DNA from: the human T2T-CHM13v2.0 reference genome, Homo sapiens
DNA length: 64,000 nt
Direction: 5' to 3' (one strand)
Assembly: GCF_009914755.1 (NCBI RefSeq)
Contig: NC_060936.1
Of the stretch, positions 1 through 12,548 are shown piece by piece; positions within the stretch are counted from its first letter, which is position 1; each line of letters begins with the position of its first letter. The translations under genes and the position numbers were made by a program. The notes beneath the pieces are model-generated. The model saw only the letters and a list, made by a program, of their open reading frames with translations, was not told where the DNA came from and made no database searches.

Positions 1-1253
1 AGATCCAGGACCAGTACAGGTAGGCACAGTAAGGAGACAGATACTGGCACATTTTAAGAGAAGAAAGATCCTAAGGTTTCATTTTGAAGATGGAGCAGTC
101 TGCTTCTCAATGTGAAATTTTCCATGAATGGAACCGTTAGAGCAGCTAGACAATCACTCAGCACAATTGTTGCAGCAACACCTACAGTTTTCCACTAATG
201 GGTTTCTTTGGGGTAAAAGATGACGATTTGTCAAGGAATAGAAAGTTGGAGGCCCCAGAGAGACTCCAAAATTTAGGGAAAATACATCCCTGTAAAATTG
301 AAGTCCCACTTCGAAGAAATACATTCAGTATTCATCCCTATATACTTTCTGTGGAAGTGATCCACAGTATTAATGATGTAGAAATGTCTGATTGATTACA
401 GCATCTCCTAAAGGTTAAGAGTGGAAATCTCTTTAAAACATCGTTGTAGACTGGAACCCATATAAATTGTCATCTATCTGCAACATATTAAAATTAATAT
501 GCTCTGGCATTGCTGCAACTTTTGATAATCAATAAGCAAGACTGAATAAAAAAGCAGAATTAAGACAGATTTATTGAGGTTTATTTAATGCTATGTAAGG
601 AAAGAGAGACTATATCAAACATTTCTATGTTTCATGTTTATTTAAGGGTAAAGCCATATCTTATTTCTGTTTAAGCTCAAGCATAGGAATGCAGATTGTA
701 CAAATTGTCCTCTGAGTAGGCAGATTTTAGAAAGGCATGCCCCCTCTGGGAAGATGAACTAAAAGAAGTTGCTCCACTTGGGGACTGCAGTTCTCCTCTA
801 GGGTGGAGCTTGGTGAGCAGAGCACAAGCAGGATTTGAGGCTCTGCTTGTCTCTTATCCCAGTACCTTTGGGCATTATACAAATTGCACGTAAGTGAAGA
901 AATAGCCTATGTTAAGTGAATTAATAAGCAAATTAATGAATAAGTAAAAACATGGGGCATTCTAATTGTTTTATAGTTTCTAGAAATATGTAATATTAGG
1001 AAAAAAGGTTTAGCCTGAAAAAATACTTCCCAGGAGACTAAAGCAGTTATTTTTCCCTGATTCAGTGAGCATCAGAAAACTTTCTGATTAATTCTTGGTT
1101 TCTAGCTATCCTGATTCTGGGAGTCCTGTAAAGCAATGATAAATATATTGATTGCTGTAGAGTTGTATTCTGTAAGATACAAAATGAGTGGCTTTTTCTC
1201 TTTCTTTATTGTGGGTTCAGAGGGCAATGTTTTATCTTTTTCTATTTTTCCAG

Positions 1254-1334
1254 ATATAACTTTATTCCACCTTTCAACTTCAGAGCTCCAACTTCAGAGG
1301 ACAGAACATTATGTGGAGGGAGAGTTAAGACTTG
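1254..1334 (+). other. Candidate 81-nt internal exon (unassigned transcript)
   Basis: Long polypyrimidine tract ending TTTTTCCAG at 1253 and donor TTG|GTAGGA at 1335; length is a multiple of 3; unique sequence. No transcript evidence available. Confidence 0.35.
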
Positions 1335-2489
1335 GTAGGAAAAGCGATGACATGTCCTCTGCTTCATTTCTGGGTTTCTTCCCAGGCTGATTCATAACAT
1401 CCAAAATAAGCTTAAGTAACACAATAGTCTTGGACTCGGCACCATAAGCTGCTTAGGAGGTGTGACTAGATCTTCTCCTGAACACTGTATTGTCTTGTGC
1501 CTCATAGTATTCCATTAAATTCATTACATAAATGTAGAAAATAATTAAATCAATCATTTGAGAATTTGGGTAATGTCAATCAATCTCCCATAGGCTAAAT
1601 ACATATAAGTAGTTGAGAATGGTGATAGAATGTATAAAACTAGACACTGGTTCAAAAAGACTCTAACTAACAGGTGATTGCTGCTTTGTAAAATGCTACC
1701 TAAACACATCAGCTGATCAGTGCTGCATAACTACAAGCAAAGTTTACTTTATTCGGTAGTCTTGACATTAAAAAAAAAAATGTAGGAGGAATTTTGGAAA
1801 AGGCAGTCAAGGGCATCTAAGTGAACAACACAAATGACACAGAGACCATGTGCTAAAGTTAAGGCACATTAATCAAAATCATAACATATTAGATTCCTAA
1901 TGTCTCAGTGTCCAACAGTGGAAGGACCTAGTAAAAGTTAGGAAGTATAATTGTGGCAAGTTTAACAGTCTAAAAATGAAGTGAGATATAGTATAGTTAT
2001 TTCTTTTTTGAAGTCAGGCATAATAACCCAAAAGGCATCAGGGCCATTTAATATATAAGCAACATGCCTGGAATACCTCAATGACCCCTTGGAGGCATTC
2101 CTACCTTACTCTAGAGAATTCTACCATTATTTTGATGATAATGATGATGCATGAAAATCTTTCATTCTGTTCACTTTTTTTCAGAAAAGCAAAAAATTTG
2201 TAATTTCTGAAAAATGGTTAAAACATAAAGTAAATAAATATTTTTTATATTAGAGCAATGTTTTCTTACTATAAAAAGAGTGTGTGTGTGGTTCAGTAAC
2301 TAACTGCAAAAATCATTTCATTATGGCTTGGCATCCCCGGGATACAGTGATGAAAGAAATAATAAATAAGCCACTATGTGATGAATACTTGTCCAAATGA
2401 AAATGCCTCTGATAATACCCTTTTAGAGGACAGGAATGTTATTAAGCTAGTGAGAACATCTAGTCCAGTTCCAGCTAGGTGGGTCAGGG

Positions 2490-2552
2490 CCCATTCTGGT
2501 AGGCTGATGTCTGTGCCATACCAGTTGTTAAACGTACTGAATATCATTCCTC
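2490..2552 (-). mobile_element. Ancient hAT DNA transposon fragment (OldhAT1-like)
   Basis: GTGCCATACCAGTTGTTAAACGTACTGAATATCATTCC resembles the recalled OldhAT1 terminus; short and diverged. Confidence 0.35.
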
Positions 2553-2724
2553 CAGCAGAACCTGACACCTCCTATTCAACATCCCTTCTGCAGCCGGTCC
2601 CCATTTCTGTACTGGCAATACCTCCATCCTAGTCTTAGCTCAGACTTCTCAACAGCACTCCGTGCTTGGCCAGAGTTAACAAAGACACAAATAACACACT
2701 GTGTCATCTTGTAGTAAACAGAGA

Positions 2725-2799
2725 GGCTTTCCATTCTACCATGTTACAGCTGTGGAATCTTGGGTGGCTAATGAGCTTCACTTTCCCTGAGCTTCCTCA
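2725..2799 (+). mobile_element. MIR, left part (split by L1)
   Basis: MIR core-like CAGCTGTGGAATCTTGGG...CCTGAGCTTCCTCA; resumes at about 5828. Confidence 0.5.
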
Positions 2800-2835
2800 C
2801 TTTTTAAACAGCTTTACTGAGACGTAACTCAAATA

Positions 2836-3313
2836 TGTATTAATCAGGATTCTAGAAAGAGAACCGACAGGATATGTGTGTGTATATGTGTCTGTGTATA
2901 TGTGTATATACATATATGATATTTATATATATATGTTATATATATATAACATATATAAATAGAGGTTTATTTTAAGGAATTGCTCATGTGATTGTGGAGG
3001 CCTGGGAAGTCCAAAATCTTCAGGGTAGGCTGGCAGGCTAGGGATACAGGGAAGAATTATATAGTTCACCTCCAAAGGCAGTCTGCTGGCAGAATTTCTT
3101 CTTGCTTGCGGGGGTCAGTCTGTTATTAAGGTCTTCAACTAATTGGATGAGGCTTGCTCACATTATGGGGGGAGTATTATGTCTGATTTACTCAAAGCCT
3201 ACTGATTTAAATGTTAATGTAATCTAAAAATACCTTCACATCTAAAATAAATTTTCACCGAATATCTGAGTAGCATGACCTAGCCAAGATGACACATAAA
3301 ATTAACCATGATA
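2836..3313 (-). mobile_element. MLT2 (ERVL) solo LTR inserted in L1MB
   Basis: Begins TGTATTAATCAGG, contains TCCAAAGGCAGTCTGCTGGCAGAA, ends GACACATAAAATTAACCAT; includes a TG/TA-rich tract. Confidence 0.85.
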
Positions 3314-3745
3314 CCATGCAATCACTCATTTAAATTGTATAATTTGATGACTTTTAGTATATTCACAGATACATGCAACTATCACTTCAGTTAATCACAG
3401 AACATTTTTATCACCCTCATAAAGAAACCCTGTACCCTTTATATATCATCTGCCTGTCTCCTCGTTTGCTCCAACCACAAGCAAACACTAATGTACTTTT
3501 TGTCTCTGTAGATTTACCCATTCTGGACATTTCATATGAATGGAATCATGTAATATGTGGTCTTTTATGACTGATTTCTTTCACTTAGCATAATATTTTC
3601 AAGGTTCATCTGTGTTGCAGTGTGTATCAACACTTCATTTCTTTTTAGGGTTTAATAATATTTCATTTTTTTCTATACATCTGTTGATGGACATTTGGGT
3701 TGCTTCAATTTTTTGGCTCATATAAACAATGCTGCTATAAACATG

Positions 3746-3750
<5 letters not shown>

Positions 3751-3786
<36 letters not shown>
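3751..3786. repeat. (GT)18 microsatellite
   Basis: Directly visible. Confidence 0.95.
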
Positions 3787-3790
<4 letters not shown>

Positions 3791-5110
3791 ACATATGTTT
3801 TCATTTCTCTTGGGAATATACCTAGGAGTAGAATTGCTGAGTCATTTGCTAACTCTAGTTTAATCATTCAAGGAATTTTCAGGCTATTTTCCAAAACATT
3901 TTACACTATTTTGCATTCCCACTAGCAGTGTGAAGGTTTTCAATTCCTTCATATCCTAACATTTATTATCTAAATTTTTTATTCTAGCCATTATAGTGGT
4001 TGTAAGTGGTATCTGGTATCTGTCACTTTACAACTGTGATTTTGATTTGCATTTGCCTGATGACCAATGATGGCAAAAGCTAGCATCTTTTCATGTGGTT
4101 ATTGATCATTGTTATATCTTCCTTAGAGAAATGTCTATTTAGATCCTTTGCTCATTTTTTAGTTATTTGTCTTTTTATTATTGAGTTATAAAAGTCCTTT
4201 ATATATTCTGAATACAAATCCCTTGTCAAATACATAATTTGCAAAATATTTCCTGTCATTCTGTGGGTTGCCTTTTCACTTTCTTGATGGTGTCCTTTGA
4301 AGCACAAAAGTTTTACATTTTGATAAAGTCAAAATTATCTATGTTTTTTCTTTGTTGCTCATATCATATCTAAGAATCCTTTGCCAAATCCAAGGTCATG
4401 AAGATTTACTCCTATGTTTTCTTCTAAGAGTTTTATAGTTTTAAGTCTTATATCTAGGTTTATAACAAATTTTAAGTTAATTTTTATAGATGATATTAGG
4501 TAAGGACCCAAGTTTATTATTTTGCATGTGGCTATTCAGTTGTTCCTAGCACCATTTGTTGAAAAGACTATTCTTTTCCCATTCAATGGTCTTGGAACCC
4601 TTGTCAAAATCTATTGACTAATGACACATGATTTTATTTCTGGACTCTCAATTATATTCCATTAAACTATACATCTATTCTTGTATTAGTGTCACACAGT
4701 CTAGATTTCTGTTGCTTTATAGTAATTTTGTAATACTCAAGTGTGAAGTTTCCTACTTTTCTCCTCTTTTTTCAGGTTTGTTTTAGCTATTCTGTGTCCT
4801 CTGCAATTCCATATGAACTTTAGAATTAGCTTGTCAGTTTCTGCAAAGAAGTCTGGTGAGATTCTGACAAGAATTGCATTAGATCTGTAGATTAATTTGA
4901 GAAATATTGCCATCTTAACAGTATTAAGCCTTCTAATTCATAATCATGGGTTTTTCCCACTTATTTAGAGCTTCTTAAATTTTCAACAATGTTTTATTAT
5001 TTTTAGAGTATACGATTTGCATTTATTGTATTTAATTTAGTCTAAGCATTTATTCTTTATGATGTTACTGTAAATGAAATTTTCTTAATTTCATTTTCAG
5101 ATTGTTACAA

Positions 5111-5800
5111 ATGAAGTCAATTCCTTTGGGAAGAGACTAGTAGCTATCTGCTTTGTGGCCTACCTCTTGCTTGGGCAAAACTTCTGGTCAAGGGCTCTAG
5201 AGCAGGAGGTGAGGACAATGGCACAATTAATTCTCTCTGGCTGACACCCTCTCTTTACAAGTCGAGTACTACGTGGAGGTGGCAGGCAGGCAGTAGCCTT
5301 TCTTCTCAGCTTGCTTCTTCTGTCATGGAACCACAACCTTATGAACTAGAGCAAGGTGATAGTGTCCCAGTGTTCCCATTGGCACTGCACTCAAGGTTAG
5401 CACCTCCATTACATGAGTGGGAGCTGGGCATTAGAAGACAACCCTCACCTCATAACAACACTCACCAGGAACTTAGCCTCAGCAACAGGTAGCTGGGGGC
5501 AAGATGAGAAAAGCTGACATCCTACTCCTCCCTGGAAGAAGGCCCTGTGCTCTTCGCTGCACCAGATTGAAGCGGAGTTTTTGGCTTGCTGAGCTGGGAG
5601 GAAGGAGAGAGGGAGTGGTCTTGGTTGAAATGCACCTGACTCCCACTTTTTTACAGGATTTTGTAGATTTTCTTAGATAGATGTTTATTCAGTTGTTGTA
5701 TTCTTTTAGGACAATTTGCAGAGATTTCAAATGATTGAGTTTTTATAACTTTCACTAATTTCACAGGGGACCACTTCTGCTAAGCTGTTCAAGCTGTCAC
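5111..5800 (-). mobile_element. Old L1 5' UTR segment (L1M4/L1MD-like)
   Basis: AGTCAATTCCTTTGGGAAGAGA...CATGGAACCACAACCTTATGA...GAGTGGGAGCTGGGC matches a recalled L1M4-type 5' region; GC-richer than flanks. Confidence 0.6.
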
Positions 5801-5827
5801 AGTACTGTATGATAAGTATTTTAAAAT

Positions 5828-5950
5828 TTTCTCGTTTTAAAATTAGGGTATATATTTTCCACTTCAAAAGATTATTGTGAGACTGAAATTAGTGTATGCA
5901 ATGTGCTAATAACAAATGCCTGCCACAGAGTAAGGTATTAATTACTGTTT
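5828..5950 (+). mobile_element. MIR, right part
   Basis: ATTATTGTGAGACTGAAATTAG...AATGCCTGCCACAGAGTAAG resembles the MIR 3' half. Confidence 0.6.
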
Positions 5951-6369
5951 CCTATTAAAGATTATTACTATTGTTGTCTTATTGATTATCATTATGATTC
6001 ACTATCCACAGTGTAGTGGTAGGTTAAAAGCACAGGACCTCAATAAAGGATGTTAGGGATGTTATTTGTTTTGTTAAAATTTATTGTATTTTTTATAAAA
6101 TGGAATGAGCACCCAAGAACCAACCTTCCTCTTTACTCTTGCCCCAAATAAAAACTAGCGACAATGACCTACATATATTTCTTTGGTTTTTCTCATCAAC
6201 TCATTCCCTTTATCCCCAAAGGCAAGTGATCATTATCTTTAATCCAACTCATATTGGCTGACAAAACATTTCGAATTTTATATATAAAGTTTTATCGAAG
6301 TTTCTTTTGAAGATTTAGCCCAGGGGTTGCAAACTTGTGGTCCTTGGCCCTTATAAATCTATAAGTGAT

Positions 6370-6465
6370 AATAATAAATATTTTGGAGCATTTACTATGT
6401 TCCAGGCACAATTCTTTGTTTATTAATTAATTTACTTATCATAATACCCTGTGAAGTAGGTAAGC
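6370..6465 (-). mobile_element. MIR fragment
   Basis: GAGCATTTACTATGTTCCAGGCAC...CATAATACCCTGTGAAGTAGGTA. Confidence 0.6.
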
Positions 6466-7152
6466 CTGCAAAGCCTACATTTTTAACCTCACTGCTATTC
6501 TATTTATAAAAGATTGTATGCCTATGCCTATATTTACATATATGCATAGTGAGATTTTTCCCAACATGTGAATGGAAGTTTCCTCTGGGTAGTGGCATTT
6601 TCATAATTTTTACTTTCTCCTATCTGCATTTTGAATTTTCTGAATTTTGTTTTTTTGCAAAGAGCATGTATCATAATTAGAAAGAGTAAAACAAAAATTC
6701 TGCTGCAACTTTGCAGGCAAGAGCAAAGCTGAGTTAAGCTCTGTGATAAGCGACGCCTAGTGACGAGGGTAATTAACTTGAATCTTTGTATTACACTATT
6801 TTGAACTTTGCTCTGACTTCAATAGCATGTTTTATTATGTAAAAATTAGAAATCAATCAAAATATGTTCCATTAATATTATTAATTGTGTTTTGTGCCAA
6901 ATGTGTTGGGGAGAATTCTGAGCTATGCACTTGTTTCTAGCTTTTTTTTCAAGCCCGACCAAAGCCTATTTTCTGAGTTCATAAGCACCTACAACAGTTC
7001 ACCTTGAGACTGATAACAGTTCATCTTGAGATTGACTAATGTTCAAACTTAATTTCTGAAAGGAAGCATTCAGCCTGCTTGGGGGTTTCCTTGCTTTCGA
7101 TGTGACATCAAACACCACAATCTTCCTAAATAGTTGAAGAAGGTGAGCTCTC

Positions 7153-7184
7153 CGAGACTCCATCTCAAAAAAAAAAAAAAAAAA
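7153..7184 (+). mobile_element. Extremely 5'-truncated Alu (14 nt plus poly-A)
   Basis: CGAGACTCCATCTC (Alu 3' terminus) plus A18, flanked by AAGGTGAGCTCTC (7140-7152) and AAAGCAAGCTCTC (7182-7194). Confidence 0.8.
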
Positions 7185-8213
7185 GCAAGCTCTCTAGTAC
7201 TTGCTTTTATCCTCTTCAAAGACCAAAAGGCTGAGTTTTATTAAACAAGAAAATACATAGAAAAAAATCATTCGTGTCTTTTGAACAGACTTCACAGAAT
7301 ATGCAGCTGATATACATATATTTTTTTTCTGGTTACACAAAAGTAACTAAGGCACAGTTTTGCTATAGGAGAATGAGATAAAATTGTACCTGATTCAAGT
7401 AATTTCCAAATTAAGATAAAATAAAACATCTCTTCAATTGTATAATAGCTGAGCCAAAGCTATTTAAAAATGTGATGACAATTTTTAATACTAACACCTC
7501 AATGAGTGTTTTAAATACTTGTAAGGTTTCTTCATTTATCATTCTCTCTTTTATTGGCTGATCTTTTTGCTAATGGGAAAAAAGAACTTGAACATATTTA
7601 ACTTATGCTAATGTATATGCCTGTGATCCCAGCCCAAATTTGAAGGTTAAGTTGAGTAAGTGGTCATATATTATTAGAATACTACATCCAAGGAAAACTT
7701 TTAATTAAGCCTCCACTGAAATGCCAATTAATTTACCTATCAAATGCTGTTTTAAATTTGTGAGTGTCGAGGAGTCTGAAATACAAAGTAAGATGTACAT
7801 CCTGAAATAATGTACAAGCAATCAGACTTTGGCAAAGAATATTATCAACATGACCCAGATGCATGAAATAGTGCTAATGACTTGCTAAAGATTTTAATCC
7901 AACAGTAAAAAAATGCATTTCTAAGGAAAAAAACCCTAAACTCTGCTAAGGTATTTTGCTTGCATAGTTCAAAACTGATAGTCCAACTTTTAAATAAACT
8001 TTTTCCCCAAACTTATTGCTAATTGAGTTATCTAAATCCACAGAGTTAGTAAAGTTGTAGAACTGGGATTTCAATTGAAGGCTGTTTATAGGAGTAAAAC
8101 TGTTGAAAACATCCTAAATGTTGAATACTAAGGGCTTGGCTAAATAATAAAAGGGAAAATAATGCAATGAAATATTATCCAGCTATTAAAGGCATTCTAC
8201 TAACATGGAACTA

Positions 8214-8216
<3 letters not shown>

Positions 8217-8256
<40 letters not shown>

Positions 8257-8314
8257 TATACATATATATATACACTATATATATATAGTGTGTATATATA
8301 TACACACACACACA
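8217..8314. repeat. (AT)18 microsatellite with compound TA/CA tail
   Basis: Directly visible; contains the palindrome ACACTATATATATATAGTGT. Confidence 0.95.
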
Positions 8315-8424
8315 ATAAAATAGGTAAAAGGGCATATTTCAATGCTGTAACAGCAACTTTTAGGGAGATGATATGTATCTTTTATTGTCTTCATTCCTCT
8401 TTTAAGTATTTTTTTAACCACAAT

Positions 8425-8820
8425 TATATTAATTTTCTAGGACTTCCATAACAAAGTACCACAGTATGGGTGGCTTAAACAACAGAAATTTATTTTTTCA
8501 TAATTCTAGAGTCTGGAAGTCCAAGATCAAGATATTAGCAAGGTTGGTTTCTTCTGAGGCCTCTTTCCTTGGCTTATGGATGGCTGTCTTTTCCCCATTG
8601 TCTTCACATGTCCTGCTGTCTGTATGCATCTGTGCCCAAATTTTCTCTTCATATAAGGATATTAGTCACATTACATTAGAGCCCATTCAAATGACCTAAT
8701 TTTACCTTATTTCCTCTTAAAGACCTTATCTCCAAATACAGTCACATTCTGAGATACTGAAAGTTAGGACTTTAACATGTGGGTCTGTATAAGGGGTCAC
8801 AAAATTCAGCCTCAATAACA
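8425..8820 (-). mobile_element. MLT1B MaLR solo LTR
   Basis: CCATAACAAAGTACCACAG...GGCTTAAACAACAGAAATTTATT...CTCCAAATACAGTCACATTCTGAG...AATTCAGCCTCAATAACA. Confidence 0.88.
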
Positions 8821-11800
8821 ACAATGTTCTATATTCCTTTTGCAAAGAGAAATACAAGAACTTCATTTCAATAAGATAAAAGGAATAAAAACAGCCCTTT
8901 CTCTCATTATTCCTACACAAAATTAATTAATTGTTCTTTTTGTTGGTGAATCAATCTTTTTGGGCTTTGGTTATTAGGAGTCTGTCCTTCCAAATTCTGA
9001 TCAGTTTTATCTAACCTTTGAAGCTTTGGCCTAGACTTTATGTGGTGATGACATCATCAAGATACCCAACTGCAGGCATTTCCTAAGGCGGCTTGCTCAA
9101 TATTTTTGGTTAGTTTTGGAGCTGTAACAGCTTCCTTAGCCAACAGACCCCTCATTTATGTTTTCTTAACAGATACAAAGATTTTAAATTTAATGTTAGA
9201 GAAAGCAACACTTCCAATCTGACACGTACAAGGAAACTACAGTAATTTCTTCCAGACCACAGCAAGTAAAAGGAAAAATGAATTCAAGGAAAGTTTTTCT
9301 GAAGCCAATCAAGACACGTTCCTTTACTTTGCCTGAATTTTCTAAACACTGTGTTGTATAGACACCACTAACAGTGGAACCTTGAGAAAAAGATGGGAGA
9401 GTCTTATAATCATAGAACTCTGGAAACTTTCTGACCATAAATCTCCCCTTGGGAAGATATTGCCTAGTTTTTATTTAGTTTAAAAAAGTGTAGTAGTGAC
9501 CAAGGAAGGGGCATTTTAAAAGGAAGAGCCTAAAGAAGTAGCAATGAAGGCAGAGAAAAATGAAGTGGGATAATATCTACTGAATTCACGAATGAAGTGG
9601 GAACCCCAAAAGGAGAGTTCAGATTTACTTACTATAACTGAAGACCCATGGACTACATTTATTTGCCTATTTTCTAATGTATGTTTGAAATAAAGGTCTA
9701 ACATAAAACACCAAAGCATATGTTTTACATAAATTCACAAAATTAATTTTTATTATACATCTTTTCAAAAGAGTGCAGTTGGTTTGGGCAAAATAAATGG
9801 GAAAATATTTTTATAACACTCCACCAAAATCTTTTGTGTCTCCTCTTTTAATGACACATGCTAAGTCAAGATATTTCCAAGTCAGTTTTTCAGGGGACTT
9901 AACTTGCCTAATTATGAATAAAGAGATTTTGGGGGGGTTGGAAAAACTGAATATGCCAAACTTAATCATGGTTTCTTATACTAATTAGCAACTGGCTTTA
10001 CATCCATCCAGATATGTTTATAATTTATAATATCTACTGAATTCAAACAAACTTGAGACATGTAAGACATATTTGACAACTTAAAAAAACTCATTAAAGT
10101 ATGAATTCAATAATAAAAGTTATCAATCTAGAAAGTCAAGAATTGAATCTTAAAATTATCTCGAATACAGATTTTCCTGAACAGGAAAATATCCACATTT
10201 GGCAAAATAGTTGAATATGAACATGAAAAGAAAGCAAATATGTCTAAACAATAATTCTAATATCAACTTCTCTTTTAATATTTCAAGTGCTGCAGATCTT
10301 TTTTATTGTAAATAAACTTTTAAAAGCAAATCTCTTATAATCTATTTTTCTTCCACTTATATACAATGTAAGCATTTTGCTCATTGCTCTGTAGCCCTGC
10401 TCTCATCACTATATTTCTCTATCTCTTTTAATACATTCAATTGTTTTAATGGCTGGAAAAAAGAAAAGGAACAATGGTTGTCTCTACTCTGGACTCCCCA
10501 GTGCCTAACAAAGTATTTGTCATCCAAAACAGAACACCATTCTTGGTAGTACATTTTATTTGAAAAACAAGTACCCTTCCTCAAAGCCACATTCACAAAG
10601 ATGTTAGTGGGTGGCAACATAGATTCTTTTCTAACTTAAAAAGGACCTGGATAACTCTGGTACTTCTGATGTCTCAGAAATATTACTTGGCACAAATTAT
10701 GATAAGGAACAAATCACTGAAGTGTAATTGCAGCCTCATGATGAACCCAGTTACCTATTTAGACTACACTTTGTAGGATTTAGAAACCACCTTTAAAAAA
10801 AAAAACTGAGAAATTTGCAAATGAATAAGAAAGTAGGCCCCCTGGCAGGATCAAAATGCTTTTTCACATCTGGTATGAAATTCTTTCTATGGCTGTGGCT
10901 AGTTATTAAAGTACAATAGAATCCTAATTTATGACATATTTCTGTACCATTATAAGATACTTCCAGAATGTGCTGTGGTGGTTGAAATGAAAGCAGCTGA
11001 ATTAGGCAACAGGGTGGCCTTAAGAATTAGGAAAATAAAATTGTTTTAAAAAATGGGCTGGAGAAAATGTGTCTTGTCCAGAAGCTGTGTTGCATTTGAA
11101 AATAGTGTTAGAAGAAGTCAGGAAACCTGAGCAAGTGAGAGTCTGAATAAGAAAACAGGATTTGAATTCTTCTGGAAGGAAAATTATTACATTAAGCTCT
11201 ATCTCTTATTCCTTGTAAGGACAGGCAATACGAGCAGTTTTAAGTCAAGGATAAAAATAAGAAATCTTTCCTTTTCCTTTAAGTTTCTGTTATACCAGTG
11301 TCTAGAACATTTCTGAGTATTCAACAGAGGCACAGAATCTTACTGGGGAAGGATTTCATAATATAAAATGTGCACGAAGACAGCAAATCTGTGTTCTGAT
11401 TTACTCTTAGGCACCCATATCTTTCATGATTCATATATTTGTGGCTTCCTGGTGTGCATGCATACATTTAGGCAAGGAAATCAGAATCCATTTCACATAC
11501 CATATTCATCTTTTTTAATGGATCTAAGTAGAATGGAAGCCCCAAAAGAGCTGGAATTTTGTCTAGTTTGTTTTTTTGCTGTTTACCCAGCATTTAAGAC
11601 AGTGCCTGACACTGACTAGCTACTAGATATTCCTTGAGGAAACACATACAGTGAGAGCATAAATCTTATGTTAAATATACATTGAATGTTTCTAAAGTTC
11701 ATTAACCAATTATGATCATGCACTCACTCTACCCACTGCACAGATCATTTTAACTGGTCTGTACCTGTAAATGGTTTAAAATCTGGTGGAGAAAAACTAT

Positions 11801-12059
11801 ATACATACCATGATCCAATAACAACAAATATTTGCCACAATTTTGCAATATGCTGCAATGGGATGAATTGTCTTGTCTACAGAATGAAAACATGCTACTG
11901 GAGTGTTCAAAAAGCCAAGTGAGATGAAAATGCCAAAAAAATTAGGGTCGTCAACAGAACAAATACTACAGAAAGGTAAAAGAAGGTGAGGTGGAGAAGA
12001 TGCCTTGGGTTTAGCTTTACAAAGCTTCAGTTGGGAACTCAGTGGGAGGCCTTAGGTTA

Positions 12060-12270
12060 TATGTAGTGACTAAAAGCCTTTCCTCTGGATTCAAACTGTT
12101 TAAGTTCAAATCCCAGGTGTGCCACTCTGTAACTCTGCCCTCTCTGTGCTTCAGTTTCTAACTAACAAGGGTACTTGTGAGAATTAAATCAGCTAAAATA
12201 TTTGTAATATGTTTAAAACAGTGACTGCCACACAGTGTATTCTATTGCATGCTAGAAATGTTATTGTTAT
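12060..12270 (+). mobile_element. MIR
   Basis: GTTCAAATCCCAGG...CTCTCTGTGCTTCAGTTTC...TTGTGAGAATTAAAT. Confidence 0.7.
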
Positions 12271-12444
12271 CAAAACTGTGTAGAAAGTTCCCAGATCTAA
12301 GGAGCTTTGAAAGGAGTAGATAGTGAAGCTTTTCTATTCTAACTCTACCAGTGAAAGAACCACTGGTATGCTGCTCCTTAAGTTTCGCTATGCAAATCTA
12401 AGGGAAGCAATGTATGTAAAACTTCCTCATCACAACGTCCTTCT

Positions 12445-12548
12445 GTTAAGCTGCTTTTGGCTTGATTCCCAATGATGTACACCTTCAGGTAGTCACCACC
12501 GTGTGGAATTCTTTCCCCAAAATGTTGGCCGAACCTACTGATTTGCTT
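12445..12548 (+). mobile_element. MLT1F-type LTR, 5' part (split by L1MC1 stack)
   Basis: CCCAATGATGTACACCTTCAGG...ACCTACTGATTTGCTT; continues colinearly at 29338; TSD TGATTTGCTT. Confidence 0.7.

Larger units (their letters stand above)
2800..5110 (-). mobile_element. L1MB-family LINE, 3' UTR and distal ORF2 (interrupted by MLT2)
   Basis: Typical antisense L1MB 3' end (ACAGCTTTACTGAG...CCCATTCTGGACATTTCATATGAATGGAATCATG) followed by degenerate ORF2. Confidence 0.85.

Noticed and set aside
1300-1336. Frame reading ...CGGRVKTW, resembling the cytohesin PH-domain motif GGRVKTWKRRW
   Set aside because: The match is only 7 residues, and neither upstream nor downstream residues resemble a cytohesin; treated as coincidence.
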